Shown here: positions 51,187-61,419 of the stretch, piece by piece
Numbering within the stretch: the first letter of the stretch is position 1
Layout: each line of letters starts with the position of its first letter
Assembly (NCBI GenBank): GCA_965205845.1
Contig: CBDBIG010000003.1
Coordinates: forward strand, 212,453 to 276,452
Origin: a bacterium
GTDB taxonomy: Bacteria > SAR324 > JACQKK01
Length of the DNA stretch: 64,000 nt
Direction: 5' to 3'
The notes under the pieces: generated by a model
What the model saw: the letters and a program-made list of their open reading frames with translations, nothing else
The model's database searches: none
What the model was told of the DNA's origin: nothing
Position numbers and translations under genes: made by a program

Positions 51187-52157
51187 TCACCGCTCCTGAT
51201 TGTTTAACACACTTTGTGCATTGCCGTTTTTAAAAAAAGACTCCCACTCAAATCATTCTACCCTACCAATCGAGTACCTTAAAGGGTGGTCAAAGTTGTT
51301 AGGTGGGTTTCATTATTGTGCCCGTTCACATGCCTTGCTACCACATGGAAATCGCGGAAAATAGCGGGTTTGCCCGTTGACATGAGTTTTACAAAAATAA
51401 AGCGCCTGGCTTTTAGTACTTGCCTGCCAGAGCCCTTTGCCTCGGCACGCTTGCGCGGTTGATTTTTCCCCAACCCAGCATCGAGGAGCATTGTCGCTGC
51501 TAAAAACCCTTGTGAATCCGTTTTCTAAATGATACGCCTAAACGCCTTTTGGCAATTGCGTGTGCAGTGAGTATAAACGTTCACATGGAATGCGACTCGT
51601 GGTTTTGTCGCAAGTATTTAATGGCGTATTTATTGCCCAGGTCATCAAGTCTCTACCTCCATTTTTGACCTCCTTTGCTAGGCTGCTTTTAGGGGAAGGG
51701 GGTTGGCATGGCTGTAAAGCCGTTCTGTGATATTTTTGTGGTGAGTGGGTGTTGGGGACACGTATGAAAAGCGTATCGAGTGGGGGATCTCATACGTATG
51801 TAATCGGTGCTGACAAGCCTCGCATCAAAAAATTGTGCGCATGCAAAAAAACAACATTTCTATGCGAATGGCTCGCTTTTGTTGGGGGCTCGGTGCGCTC
51901 TGATGAGGAGAGTTTAAGGAGGACGAGCCAGCCTCACCCCGCTCTGAGGGTAGGAAAAGGTGGTATTATGAAGCGAGGGCAGAGGATCACCTGCATGCAG
52001 GAAACCTTTAGAGGAAGCCAATCTTACTGCCCACAGACCCGAGGAGAAACCACAAAAACCATCATTTTTTTCACTGAAAAAGGATGTATCTTGGCATAGC
52101 CATTTAGGGAGACCATACCTAAAACCATGGCGTTCTTGAGCAAAGGCAAAGGTATTT

Positions 52158-52472
52158 TTATGGGAGGGCAATCGCCTCTTCCATCAGCATGACAGGAATG
52201 CCCTCGCGCACGGGATAGACCCAGTGTGTACCTTTGGCAATCAGGCCTGCATCCAACACCGTTTGAACCACATCTCCCTGACGATTTTTTGCTTGGCCTT
52301 GCAAAATACGCCGATTCACTGCTTGGAGTGCCGCCCCATTTAGCAAGGAAAGTGCTCGATGGGTTTCTGGGCACACCAGCATCTTTAGCAACCGCTCGTC
52401 CAAACCTTGCCCCTTGGTGGACGAAGGCTTGCTTTGCGCACGGCGCATCATTGGAGTGTTGCCATCGCTCAT
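52158..52472 (-). CDS. Trm112-family (UPF0434/YcaR-like) small protein
   Basis: LLKMLVCPETHRAL...IPVMLMEEAI matches the Trm112p-like Cys/Pro motif arrangement. Confidence 0.6.
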   Translation of the reverse strand: MSDGNTPMMRRAQSKPSSTKGQGLDERLLKMLVCPETHRALSLLNGAALQAVNRRILQGQAKNRQGDVVQTVLDAGLIAKGTHWVYPVREGIPVMLMEEAIALP

Positions 52473-52558
52473 GGCTGCGCTCTGGTGTACATGGTCATCT
52501 AAGGTGGCTTGGGCTCGTTGTTAACGTGGATCAAGGGGAGGGGGGGTGAGAAAAAACA

Positions 52559-54691
52559 CTATTGAAACCCAGGGGCATAGACCGCCTCAATGCGAGCCTT
52601 CCCCGGAACTTTGCGCAACGCACCAATGTAATCACGCATAATGGCCAAGACTTCTTTAAGGACAGGGTCTTTTTTCGGCGTTTCTTCGGCGTTTACGCCC
52701 TTCGTTTGTTTACCCTTCTTTTTTGTATATTCCTTCGCCTCGACCAACATTTCCTTGGCGCTAATGTACGCTTTGTTTTTTCGGTTTGCCAAGTACTTTT
52801 TCACATCCACTTCCATCTGCTTAAAATAATCTACCTGAGCCCTACGCTGCTTAGATTTCTGGTTTAATTTGGCAATAAACACGGGCGGGTGTGGGAAAGT
52901 GACGCGGTATTTGGCCGTCCTAATGGCATCCCAGGGCAAGGGATTTTCGAGTGCCGCCTCCCCAATGTCAAGGTGGTTGTTTAAAGAAGGCAGCGTGATA
53001 TCGGAGGTCACGCCACGGTGCTGGGTCGATTTTCCACTGGGCAAATAAAATTTTTGCACTGTGGTTTTAAGGGCACCGAGTTTTTGTGGCAATTCAATGA
53101 TGTTTTGGACCGTCCCCTTGCCAAAAGTTGCACGTTCGCCCACAACCACTGCGCGCCCATAATCTTGCAAGGCGCCCGCCACAATTTCTGATGCAGATGC
53201 CGAATAACGATTGACCAGCACAATTAAGGGGCCTCGATAAAGAGGCTTTTCGGCAGGGCTGTTATGTATATCCACCTTGCTAATGCTACGCACCTGCACC
53301 ACAGGTCCACTGGGAATAAACAAACCCGCCACGGCAATCGATTCACCCAAGCCACCACCACCGTTGTTACGTAGATCCAAAATAACCCCTTGCACATTTT
53401 GAATGTGCTGATGAAGCAATCGGGCAACATCACGCGAGGCACTTTTGTAGTCTTTTCCCGCACGTCGCTCGGAAAAATCCACATAAAAAGAAGGCAATTC
53501 AATGACCAACACGGGTTGCTTGGCGGTTTTAGGCTTGGCTGCGTTGTATACCTTGGCCTTCGCCTCGCCATCACGAAGCACAATTTTTTCGCGGGTAATC
53601 GAAAACTCTTTGCGCAAACTACGCCTACCCTCGGTCGATGGGCGCAATACGGCAATGTGCACCACGGTTCCACGAGGCCCGCGAATCCGCTTCACCACCT
53701 CAGTCAAACGCATGTTGGTTACGTCTTCGAAGCGACCTTTTTTCTGGGCCACTTCAACAATCACATCTTCTGTTTTTAATCCCCCGTGATTGGCCGCAGC
53801 ACCCCCATGGATAATGGAAGCAATCACCGTACGCCCATCCTCCCAGCGTAAAGTCGCCCCTATGCCTTCCAGGGATAGACGCATCGAGATATAGAAATTT
53901 TCTAAATCGTCCCCCGTCAAATAGGCCGAATGTGGATCGTAGGCACTGGTAAATGCATTTAAAAAAGCGGCTAAAATATCGCCTTGCGTGTAGCCTCGAA
54001 TGCGGCTGTGCAAGTTGGCATAACGCCTTTGAAACGCCTGTTTGCTCTTTTTGAGCGTTTGTCCGTCCGCCATGCGCTCAAGCACTTGAAAACTAAGGCG
54101 CAAACGCCAGTGTTCTTCCGCCTCTTGGCGTGTCTTAGGGTTTTTTAGTTTTCGCCAATTGGCGGGGAAACGCTGACTGGGGGATATTTTAAACGAGGTT
54201 TTTAAAAGTTTTGCCAAAAAGCGTTCGCGCACCTCGATACGCTGCAATAAACGCTGATATATGTTGTTTGCCAATCCAATGCGCCCCTGAAGCACGTCGC
54301 GGGTAAGGTATTTGGCTTGAGCCAAAAAGGTGTCCAAATCCTCTTGCAAAAAATAAATACGTTCGGGATCAAAATTATTGACGTAGTGCTTAAGCATCAG
54401 GTTGGCATGATCAATTTCAAACTTTTCGCGAAGCACATGGCTGCGTAAAAAAACGCGGGCAATTTCTGCCACATGCCCCCCACTTAGCTGGGGTTGCTTC
54501 GTGCCTTGGGCGGATGCTGGCAACCACCATGCAGCACCTTGCATGATGCAGGCAACAAGGCTTGGTAAAACATACCTTCGTAACAAGCGATTCTTGGCGA
54601 AGCAAACAAACCCATTTTGCACCCTGGCAAAGCGTGGCAAGGCAGTAAATGAGCGTAGATTTTTGATGGGATGCAAAAAAGCGATGTTCAT
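52559..54691 (-). CDS. prc: carboxy-terminal processing (tail-specific) protease, S41A
   Basis: 710 aa with a PDZ region (GGAAANHGGLKTEDVIVEV). S41 catalytic region VLVIELPSFYVDF...GVILDLRNNGGG..LIVLVNRYSASASEIVAGAL. Confidence 0.85.
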   Translation of the reverse strand: MNIAFLHPIKNLRSFTALPRFARVQNGFVCFAKNRLLRRYVLPSLVACIMQGAAWWLPASAQGTKQPQLSGGHVAEIARVFLRSHVLREKFEIDHANLMLKHYVNNFDPERIYFLQEDLDTFLAQAKYLTRDVLQGRIGLANNIYQRLLQRIEVRERFLAKLLKTSFKISPSQRFPANWRKLKNPKTRQEAEEHWRLRLSFQVLERMADGQTLKKSKQAFQRRYANLHSRIRGYTQGDILAAFLNAFTSAYDPHSAYLTGDDLENFYISMRLSLEGIGATLRWEDGRTVIASIIHGGAAANHGGLKTEDVIVEVAQKKGRFEDVTNMRLTEVVKRIRGPRGTVVHIAVLRPSTEGRRSLRKEFSITREKIVLRDGEAKAKVYNAAKPKTAKQPVLVIELPSFYVDFSERRAGKDYKSASRDVARLLHQHIQNVQGVILDLRNNGGGGLGESIAVAGLFIPSGPVVQVRSISKVDIHNSPAEKPLYRGPLIVLVNRYSASASEIVAGALQDYGRAVVVGERATFGKGTVQNIIELPQKLGALKTTVQKFYLPSGKSTQHRGVTSDITLPSLNNHLDIGEAALENPLPWDAIRTAKYRVTFPHPPVFIAKLNQKSKQRRAQVDYFKQMEVDVKKYLANRKNKAYISAKEMLVEAKEYTKKKGKQTKGVNAEETPKKDPVLKEVLAIMRDYIGALRKVPGKARIEAVYAPGFQ

Positions 54692-54918
54692 AGGGGACTG
54701 TATGAATTAGGGCGACGGGTAGAAAAAGGGTAGATAAGGGTACTCTATATTAAAGGCTTGCCAATTGTGGACTGATTGTCCCATCATACACAGGCAAGGA
54801 TGTTTGGTGTAAATTTTTCTCTAAAATGCTGGCTTTCGTGATGCTGGCGCATATGGTATGAGTCGCGGTAGACTTTGCTTGTTTTCGCATAAGGGTTTAT
54901 CTAATGCAATCTGCACTA

Positions 54919-55260
54919 ATGGAATGGGTACACAGTACTTTCAGGCGCGAAGATCGCCAAATGCCACGGGTGGGTGCTCAAATTAAGGTTGACTACCGCA
55001 TTCGTGAAGGAACCCGCGAACGCATTCAAACGTTTGAGGGCGTGGTAATCCGCTGCCATCGCGGTGCAAGTAACTTGAATGCGACCTTTACGGTACGCAA
55101 AATATCGCAAGGTTTTGGCGTGGAACGCATTTTTCCTTTGCATTCCCCTTTAATGGAAAACATTAAAACGATGCGCCGAGGGGCTGTACGACGCTCGAAA
55201 CTGTACTATTTGCGCAACCTGCGCGGTAAAAAAGCGCGCTTGCGTGAGATAAATGCCTGA
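54919..55260 (+). CDS. rplS: 50S ribosomal protein L19
   Basis: [42 protein letters not shown]...[14 protein letters not shown] is collinear with E. coli L19. Confidence 0.85.
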   Translation: MEWVHSTFRREDRQMPRVGAQIKVDYRIREGTRERIQTFEGVVIRCHRGASNLNATFTVRKISQGFGVERIFPLHSPLMENIKTMRRGAVRRSKLYYLRNLRGKKARLREINA

Positions 55261-56254
55261 TTTTGCACTGGAGCAAGATCTGCTCGTCAACCAAAAAAAT
55301 GTTCGGGTGGTACGCTGGGTGGCTGGGGTTGATGAAGCAGGGCGGGGCCCCCTTGCAGGTCCTGTGGTGGCCGCAGCCGTAATGCTGCCCATGGATTGGC
55401 CATCCCATTTACGTCTCGATGACTCGAAGCGTTTGAGCCCAGCCGCACGTGAGATGCTTTACAAAGAGATATGCAAGCGTGCTATTGGCTGGCGCATCCA
55501 AGCGGCGTCCCCGGCACAAGTGGATGGCATGGGAGTGCTCAATGCCACTTTTTGGGCCATGTCGCGTTGTTTACAGCGACTAAGGCCCAGACCCGACTGG
55601 GCATTGATTGACGGTCCCCAGGTTCCCCTCGCCGTGTGCCCATGTAAGGCGGTTGTTAAGGGAGACAGCCGAAGCAACTCGATTGCTGCTGCTTCTATCT
55701 TGGCCAAAACCTCGCGCGATCGGGTGATGCGGGTGTATGGTGCACGCTTTCCTTTGTGGAACTTTGCTCAACACAAAGGCTACCCCACCAGGGGGCATCG
55801 CGTTGCCATTGCACAGCACGGGCTAAGCCCGATTCATCGGCGCAGTTTTCGCGCACTGCCTGCCAATGGGTTGCCACAAAAGCCAACCCGTGTCCCCAAG
55901 AGCAAATCGCAGCTACGCGGTCGATGGGGAGAAGCCTTGGCCGCAGACTATTTGAGCCAACTTGGTGCCACCGTTGTCGCCAAAAATTACGTTTGTCGCG
56001 AAGGAGAGATTGACATTGTGGCACAGCTTGAGTCATTCATGGTGTTTGCAGAGGTTAAAAATAGGGCAAGCGACCAGGTGGCTTACCACCCATCGCTGGC
56101 AGTAAATCGTAGAAAACAGTGCCACCTCCGCCTTGCAGCGGAGCGTTATTTGCTTGAACACGACGTGGAACACCTGCAACCGCGCTTTGATGTTATTTGC
56201 ATCTGTGGCAAGAAGGATAACCCCAGGCTTGAACATATTCCCAATGCATTTTAG
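55253..56254 (+). CDS. rnhB: ribonuclease HII fused in-frame to a YraN/UPF0102-family endonuclease domain
   Basis: Residues ~20-215 are RNase HII ([21 protein letters not shown]...DDSKRLS...). The C-terminal ~120 aa match YraN ([33 protein letters not shown]...FAEVKNRAS...RFDVICI). No stop codon separates them. Confidence 0.75.
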   Translation: MPDFALEQDLLVNQKNVRVVRWVAGVDEAGRGPLAGPVVAAAVMLPMDWPSHLRLDDSKRLSPAAREMLYKEICKRAIGWRIQAASPAQVDGMGVLNATFWAMSRCLQRLRPRPDWALIDGPQVPLAVCPCKAVVKGDSRSNSIAAASILAKTSRDRVMRVYGARFPLWNFAQHKGYPTRGHRVAIAQHGLSPIHRRSFRALPANGLPQKPTRVPKSKSQLRGRWGEALAADYLSQLGATVVAKNYVCREGEIDIVAQLESFMVFAEVKNRASDQVAYHPSLAVNRRKQCHLRLAAERYLLEHDVEHLQPRFDVICICGKKDNPRLEHIPNAF

Positions 56255-56383
56255 CATGGTGATAAGGCATGTTTTTAAGAGATGCGGCTTATGCCACCGC
56301 GCTGTTGTTTGGCGTAAACCCCCTCGCCCTTGTCCCTTACTTATCACAGCAAGACTTTGAAAGAGAGTATATAAGTTTACATC

Positions 56384-56647
56384 ATGGCCCATCATCTTTC
56401 TGCCAAAAAACGCATTCGTCAAACCGCCAAGCGCAATCTGCGTAACCGCATGCTACGTTCCAGTTTGCGTACCTGCCTTAAAGGCTTTCAAACCGTGTTA
56501 AAAGAGGGCAATGTAGACACCATTCAAGGGAGTTACCCCGCCGTACAAAAACAGATCGATCGTGCGGTGACCAAGGGTATTTTGCATCGCAATACCGCCA
56601 AGCGCTATAAATCGCGCCTAAGTGCTGCTGTGGCCAAAAATATTTAA
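56384..56647 (+). CDS. rpsT: 30S ribosomal protein S20
   Basis: MAHHLSAKKRIRQTAKRNLRNR... is 87 aa and collinear with S20. Confidence 0.85.
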   Translation: MAHHLSAKKRIRQTAKRNLRNRMLRSSLRTCLKGFQTVLKEGNVDTIQGSYPAVQKQIDRAVTKGILHRNTAKRYKSRLSAAVAKNI

Positions 56648-56785
56648 AGAGCAGGGTGTGTTTACAGGCCAGCACCTTTGTTGACAAACCACGCCGTGGT
56701 TGCAAAATACCATAAGAATCTTTGCCCCGTTTGCAATGGGGTTGTGTGTGCCGTTTATTTTAAAAAAAAGGACCGTAGAAACGCC

Positions 56786-57415
56786 ATGATACAGGGCTTG
56801 TTAGGCCGCAAAATTGGGATGACGCAAATTTTTACCGATGAGGGTGTGTGCTTGCCGGTAACAATTGTGCAGGCGGGACCCGTCAAAGTGGTCCAGGTAA
56901 AAACCAAAGAGACCGATGGCTATGCCGCCGTGCAGGTGGGTTTTCAAGAAGAAACCAAAAGGAAGCGTGTGACGAAACCGGCCCTTGGGCATTTTAGGCA
57001 GTTGCCTCCTTTTCGCCATTTGCGCGAATTTAAGTTGCAAGATGAACACGCAGCACCACCTAGCATAGGCCAAGCCATCGACCTAAGTGTGTTTAGTGAG
57101 GGTGAGGTAATTTGGGTGAGTGCCAACTCAAAAGGGCGAGGTTTTCAAGGGGTTATCAAACGCTACGGATTTTCGGGCGGGCCCGCCGCCCATGGGTCGC
57201 AATTTCACCGTTCCCCGGGTTCGATTGGCAACCGCACGGATCCAGGACGCGTGTTTAAGGGCAAAAAACTTCCGGGGCGGATGGGTGCGCGGCGGATTAC
57301 GACCAAGAACCTTAAAATTGCTAAAATCGCTCCCGAAAAAGGCTTAATCTTAATTCACGGCCCCGTACCTGGACCCAACGGTGCGGTGGTTGAGGTGCGC
57401 AAGCCCACCGCTTAA
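56786..57415 (+). CDS. rplC: 50S ribosomal protein L3
   Basis: MIQGLLGRKIGMTQIFTDEGVCLPVTIVQAGP... and ...FHRSPGSIGNRTDPGRVFKGKKLPGRMG are collinear with E. coli L3. The ORF opens upstream at 56678, but the ATG at 56786 matches the L3 N-terminus. Confidence 0.85.
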   Translation: MIQGLLGRKIGMTQIFTDEGVCLPVTIVQAGPVKVVQVKTKETDGYAAVQVGFQEETKRKRVTKPALGHFRQLPPFRHLREFKLQDEHAAPPSIGQAIDLSVFSEGEVIWVSANSKGRGFQGVIKRYGFSGGPAAHGSQFHRSPGSIGNRTDPGRVFKGKKLPGRMGARRITTKNLKIAKIAPEKGLILIHGPVPGPNGAVVEVRKPTA

Positions 57416-57715
57416 AAGCTCGATTTTCCACGAAAACCATTGCTCTTACGGCCACTGAACCCAACGGTGCGGTGGTTGAGGTGCGCAAAGCCCACCGCTT
57501 AAAAGCTCGATTTTCCACAAAAACCATTGCTCTTACGGCCACTGAACCCAACGGTGCGGTGGTTGAGGTGCGCAAAGCCCACCGCTTAAAAGCTCGATTT
57601 TCCACAAAAACCATTGCTCTTACGGCCACTGAACCCAACGGTGCGGTGGTTGAGGTGCGCAAAGCCCACCGCTTAAAAGCTCGATTTTCCACAAAAACCA
57701 TTGCTCTTACGGCCA
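57374..57715. repeat. tandem repeat: 86-87-bp unit x4, beginning inside the 3' end of rplC
   Basis: Unit starts are at 57374, 57460, 57547 and 57634. Each unit re-creates the last 13 codons of rplC (PNGAVVEVRKPTA), the stop codon and ~45 bp of downstream sequence. Confidence 0.9.
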
Positions 57716-57869
57716 AAAGCACCGGCTCCGCTTATCCCATGGGGAATAAGACGGCAGCCGAGGCGAACCGGGCCCCTTTCTGTGCCTGGTGAAGTACACA
57801 AAAGGATGGCCCCCAGGGAACGCTGCGCGGGGATCCACCACGCTTTACGAGATGCAGCCTGCTAACGGG

Positions 57870-58331
57870 CTAAACCGCCGCCATCATCTCCACCTCTGTG
57901 GACACCCCGGAGGGTAACTGGCTGGTCCCCACCGCGGCACGTGCATGATGCCCTTTGTCGCCAAATACCTCCACAATTACATCCGAGGCACCGTTAATTA
58001 CCTGCGGGTGCTGGGTAAAGTCTTCGGTGCTATTCACAAAGCCACCCACACGCACAATTTGCTTCACTTTGTCGAGGCTGCCCAAATAACGCTTAAGCTG
58101 GGCTAGGCAATTTAGTGCGCACAGTCGTGCCGAGGCATAGCCTTCTTCCACGCTGATGTTACGCCCCAACTTGCCGACGTATTTTAGACCATCATCCCCC
58201 TTGGGTACTTGACCTGAAACAATAATGAGCCCATTGATTTCAATACAGGGGACGTAGTTTGCCATAGGGACTGGGGCCGAGGGCAAGACGATGCCCAATT
58301 CTTGCAGCCGTTCATCAATGCTTTTTGCCAT
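57870..58331 (-). CDS. ridA: RidA/YjgF-family reactive-intermediate deaminase (alternative starts at 58343 and 58367)
   Basis: YjgF/chorismate-mutase-like fold signature ...ANYVPCIEINGLIIVSGQVP...ARAAVGTSQLPSGVSTEVEMMAAV. Confidence 0.75.
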   Translation of the reverse strand: MAKSIDERLQELGIVLPSAPVPMANYVPCIEINGLIIVSGQVPKGDDGLKYVGKLGRNISVEEGYASARLCALNCLAQLKRYLGSLDKVKQIVRVGGFVNSTEDFTQHPQVINGASDVIVEVFGDKGHHARAAVGTSQLPSGVSTEVEMMAAV

Positions 58332-58652
58332 TCGTGTATTCATTCCCCTTAAAATGTGTTGTTCCATCTTGTTTTTAATTTCATCTTATTTTTCCGTCCG
58401 CTTGGGTGGTGTTCTCTTTCAAATAGGGCTACTGTTTACTCCCGCTTGTTACTTCCGCTTGCTGTTCGTAATAGCCAAGGTCAAGAACAAAAACGAGCGC
58501 GTGGACCACATCTTGGCAGACCATAGTGTACGTCTCGAGGGGGTCATTACCCATGTATACGGGGGTCTTTACCGCTATTTTTACGCTTTTTTTCACCCTC
58601 CCCAGGGTCGTTTTTGCTTGGCACCCACGCAAGATTAAGTAACCATTAACAT

Positions 58653-59249
58653 ATGATGCAGCTGTTTTGCGATGTTGATGGCGTACTATTAGACTTTGAG
58701 CGGGTTTTTATTCCTTGGGTCAACCGTTTTTGTGGGAAAAACCTACCGCCTTACTATCAATCAAAAAATTGGGATTTTACCGAGCTCCTCACCAAAGAGC
58801 AGGCATTTAACCTATGGCGGCACTTTATCGAAAGCGAACAGGCAGCCCAAATGCCCAGTACCATAGCCCCCGCAGCCTTTAATGCTGCCACCAAGCATGT
58901 ACAAGTCGAACTACTCACCAACTTTCCTCTGCAACAGTTTCATAAACGCTGGGCCAATCTACATAGCCTAGGTTTTGTGTATCAAGGGCTTTACCACGGC
59001 GGCTTGGTTAAAAGCAGCCCAGTGTCCCATCCCCCACCCACCAAAGCGCAAATCATTCACCAACTTTACGCGGGCAAAAAGGCCTTTTTTGTGGATGACC
59101 ACCCCGACAATTGCCTAGACGTGTTAAGGCATTGCCCACAGGTGGAGGTGTGGGTTATGCACCGCCATTTTAACCGCGGTTTCTACCATCGCCAAATCCA
59201 GCGTACGGCAGGATGGCCCACCTTACTAAAACGCCTCCAACACCCTTAA
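58653..59249 (+). CDS. HAD-superfamily hydrolase (5'(3')-deoxyribonucleotidase-like)
   Basis: Motif I is DVDGVLLDF at the N-terminus, and a late FFVDDHPDN resembles motif IV. Confidence 0.5.
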   Translation: MMQLFCDVDGVLLDFERVFIPWVNRFCGKNLPPYYQSKNWDFTELLTKEQAFNLWRHFIESEQAAQMPSTIAPAAFNAATKHVQVELLTNFPLQQFHKRWANLHSLGFVYQGLYHGGLVKSSPVSHPPPTKAQIIHQLYAGKKAFFVDDHPDNCLDVLRHCPQVEVWVMHRHFNRGFYHRQIQRTAGWPTLLKRLQHP

Positions 59250-59587
59250 TTGTTAAATTCAGTCGCTTAATCCATGAAAGCAATAGGCTGGGTTTTTGGC
59301 ATTGATTGGCTGCAGACGGCTGAAGAGAGCTGTGTCGCTGTGTGCACAGCACCATGCGTTTTTAGCAATATGGAGGTGTTTTTGGTCATGCTCAATAAGC
59401 AATGAGGGGTTTTCCGAGGAACGAGCAACCTATTTCCCAGTATGCACTGCAGATAAGCCCGGGCACGGTTGGGTGGCAAAGAGTGGGTGTCCTAAGTGAG
59501 GTTTGGGAGATCCATCAAAGAGACCGACCGAGTGCGTAGAAGCAACTTTGAACAGAGGCTTTCGTAAAACCCTTGGCGCGCGTACAA

Positions 59588-59930
59588 CCACAAAAAGGCA
59601 CCCATAGCAGGCTCGAATAGACCCTCGTGCAGAAACCGCCCACGAACCCAATGCCCTTGTGCCACAAACCCTCCAAGATGCACGCGACAGAATACACGTT
59701 CCACAAAAAGGCACCCATAGCAGGCTCGAATAGACCCTCGTGCAGAAACCGCCCACGAACCCAATGCCCTTGTGCTACAAACCCTCCAAGATGCACGCGA
59801 CAGAATACACGTTCCACAAAAAGGCACCCATAGCAGGCTCGAATAGACCCTCGTGCAGAAACCGCCCACGAAACCAATGCCCTTGTGCCACAAACCCTCC
59901 AAGATGCACGCGACAGAATACACGTTCCAC
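59588..59930. repeat. tandem repeat: 113-bp unit x3
   Basis: The unit ccacaaaaaggcacccatagcaggctcgaatagaccctcgtgcagaaaccgcccacgaa[c/a]ccaatgcccttgtgc[c/t]acaaaccctccaagatgcacgcgacagaatacacgtt recurs at 59588, 59701 and 59814. The array lies 3' of tRNA-Gly on its strand. Confidence 0.9.
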
Positions 59931-60093
59931 AAAACGCTCTGCCGAAGGCGCACATGCATAAAATACGCTATCGTGCTGCCTAAGGGCGTACCAGCAAACA
60001 TTCTTGGGGAAATTCTTGGAGAAAACCGGCCGCAAAATTACAGCCTCCAAAGGTTTGATCCGCTCCGCTCGCTACAAACCCCTGTAAACAAAA

Positions 60094-60165
60094 AGCGGGA
60101 AACGGGATTTGAACCCGCGACCCCAACCTTGGCAAGGTTGTGCTCTACCACTGAGCTATTCCCGC
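60094..60165 (-). tRNA. tRNA-Gly (anticodon GCC)
   Basis: Reverse complement: GCGGGAA-TA-GCTC-AGTGGTA-GAGC-A-CAACC-TTGCCAA-GGTTG-GGGTC-GCGGG-TTCAAAT-CCCGT-TTCCCGC-T. This is a canonical cloverleaf with a T-loop TTCAAAT. No CCA is encoded. Confidence 0.85.
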
Positions 60166-60422
60166 AGATTGCCATGCAAGTATCTTTAGCATGGCAAAAA
60201 GGTCGTTCCTTTAAAAAAACCCCCTAACTTATAGCACAATTTATGCGGTGAAAAACAAGCCATCGATTTGTGTTTGACGCTTTTAACACCCTTTTTTGGT
60301 GAACCATAGCGTAGACCTGCTACTTTGGTATGGTGTATGCGTACTGGGTGCCGGCAAGTATAATAGGCTTGTTCAAAAAGATACGGTATCGTACCGTGAT
60401 GCTTTAAGGAGAATGTAAGATT

Positions 60423-61340
60423 ATGGTGCAACAATGGCTCGCCCTCGCGGAATTTTTCCTATACACGGCAATTGGTGCCATGGCATTGGGACTTTGGTGG
60501 TTGGTAAACGACCGTGTGCTGACCCCAGGCGTTTCAATTCGTGCCGAGATTTTTGGTGAAAAACCCAATTTAGCCGTGGCTTTTGACGTCCTGGGAGGCT
60601 TTTTGGCTCTGGGCATCGTGGTACACACCACTTTAGAGCTCCCACCTCAAGTGTCTTTGTTACAAGATGTGGAGGCTGTGGTGTTAAGTATGGTTACCAT
60701 GGTGTTGTTACTGGCGATATTACGCCTGATTGCAGCTGGTTTTATTCGTTTTTGGTTTCGTAATGAAAAAGACGAGCATGGTGACACCATCAGCATTAAC
60801 AACGAACTGTTTGCCCAACACAACACCGCAACAGGGCTGTTTTCTGCGGCATTATACCTGCTATTGGCTGCGGGGTTGGCGCGCTTTAACCCCTTGAGTG
60901 CAAGCGACCTTGGTTTGGTTTCCCTTGCCGATTCTGCCGCTGTGTGGGTGTTTGGGGTTGGGGTCATTCAGGTGCATTCATGGACACACTTAGGCATAGG
61001 CCCTAAACACAATATATTGCGTGAATGCTTTTATTTTAATAACCCAGGGGCATCTCTCTCGATGCTTGGATTAATGCTGGGCATGGTTTGGACTTTTGAG
61101 CGCTTGCTCGATTCCCTTCCCATCGCATCTGCTTGGACACACTGGGAGCCATGGGCTTACACAGGCCTTGCTTTGCTGGCTGTTTTGTTAATAAACGGCA
61201 TTGTGTGGCTTATTTTAAAGGGCTTTTTTGGGCTTAACCTCCGCAAAGAACTCCTTGCCAACAAAAACCCTGCCTGGGGAGTGTTGGATGGCGGATTGAT
61301 GTTTACCTTGTCAATGGTAGCCCACGCCCTTGTGTATTAA
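60423..61340 (+). CDS. hypothetical polytopic membrane protein (DUF350-like repeats?)
   Basis: Multi-TM hydrophobic profile with no catalytic motif. Confidence 0.45.
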   Translation: MVQQWLALAEFFLYTAIGAMALGLWWLVNDRVLTPGVSIRAEIFGEKPNLAVAFDVLGGFLALGIVVHTTLELPPQVSLLQDVEAVVLSMVTMVLLLAILRLIAAGFIRFWFRNEKDEHGDTISINNELFAQHNTATGLFSAALYLLLAAGLARFNPLSASDLGLVSLADSAAVWVFGVGVIQVHSWTHLGIGPKHNILRECFYFNNPGASLSMLGLMLGMVWTFERLLDSLPIASAWTHWEPWAYTGLALLAVLLINGIVWLILKGFFGLNLRKELLANKNPAWGVLDGGLMFTLSMVAHALVY

Positions 61341-61419
61341 AGCTGGCTTTCGGCTTTGAGCAATCTTTTGGGCATCGGTGTTAGTCCCGCCTTTCCTGTG
61401 GTCAAGGGTCGAAGTGTGT

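Noticed and set aside
57321-57722. 133-aa minus-strand ORF (and the plus-strand ORF 57472-57792) with a perfectly repeated peptide (AVRAMVFVENRAFKRWALRTSTTAPLGSV x4)
   Set aside because: This is an artifact of translating the 87-bp tandem array. The same holds for the repeated-peptide ORFs at 12472-12712 and 59430-60001.
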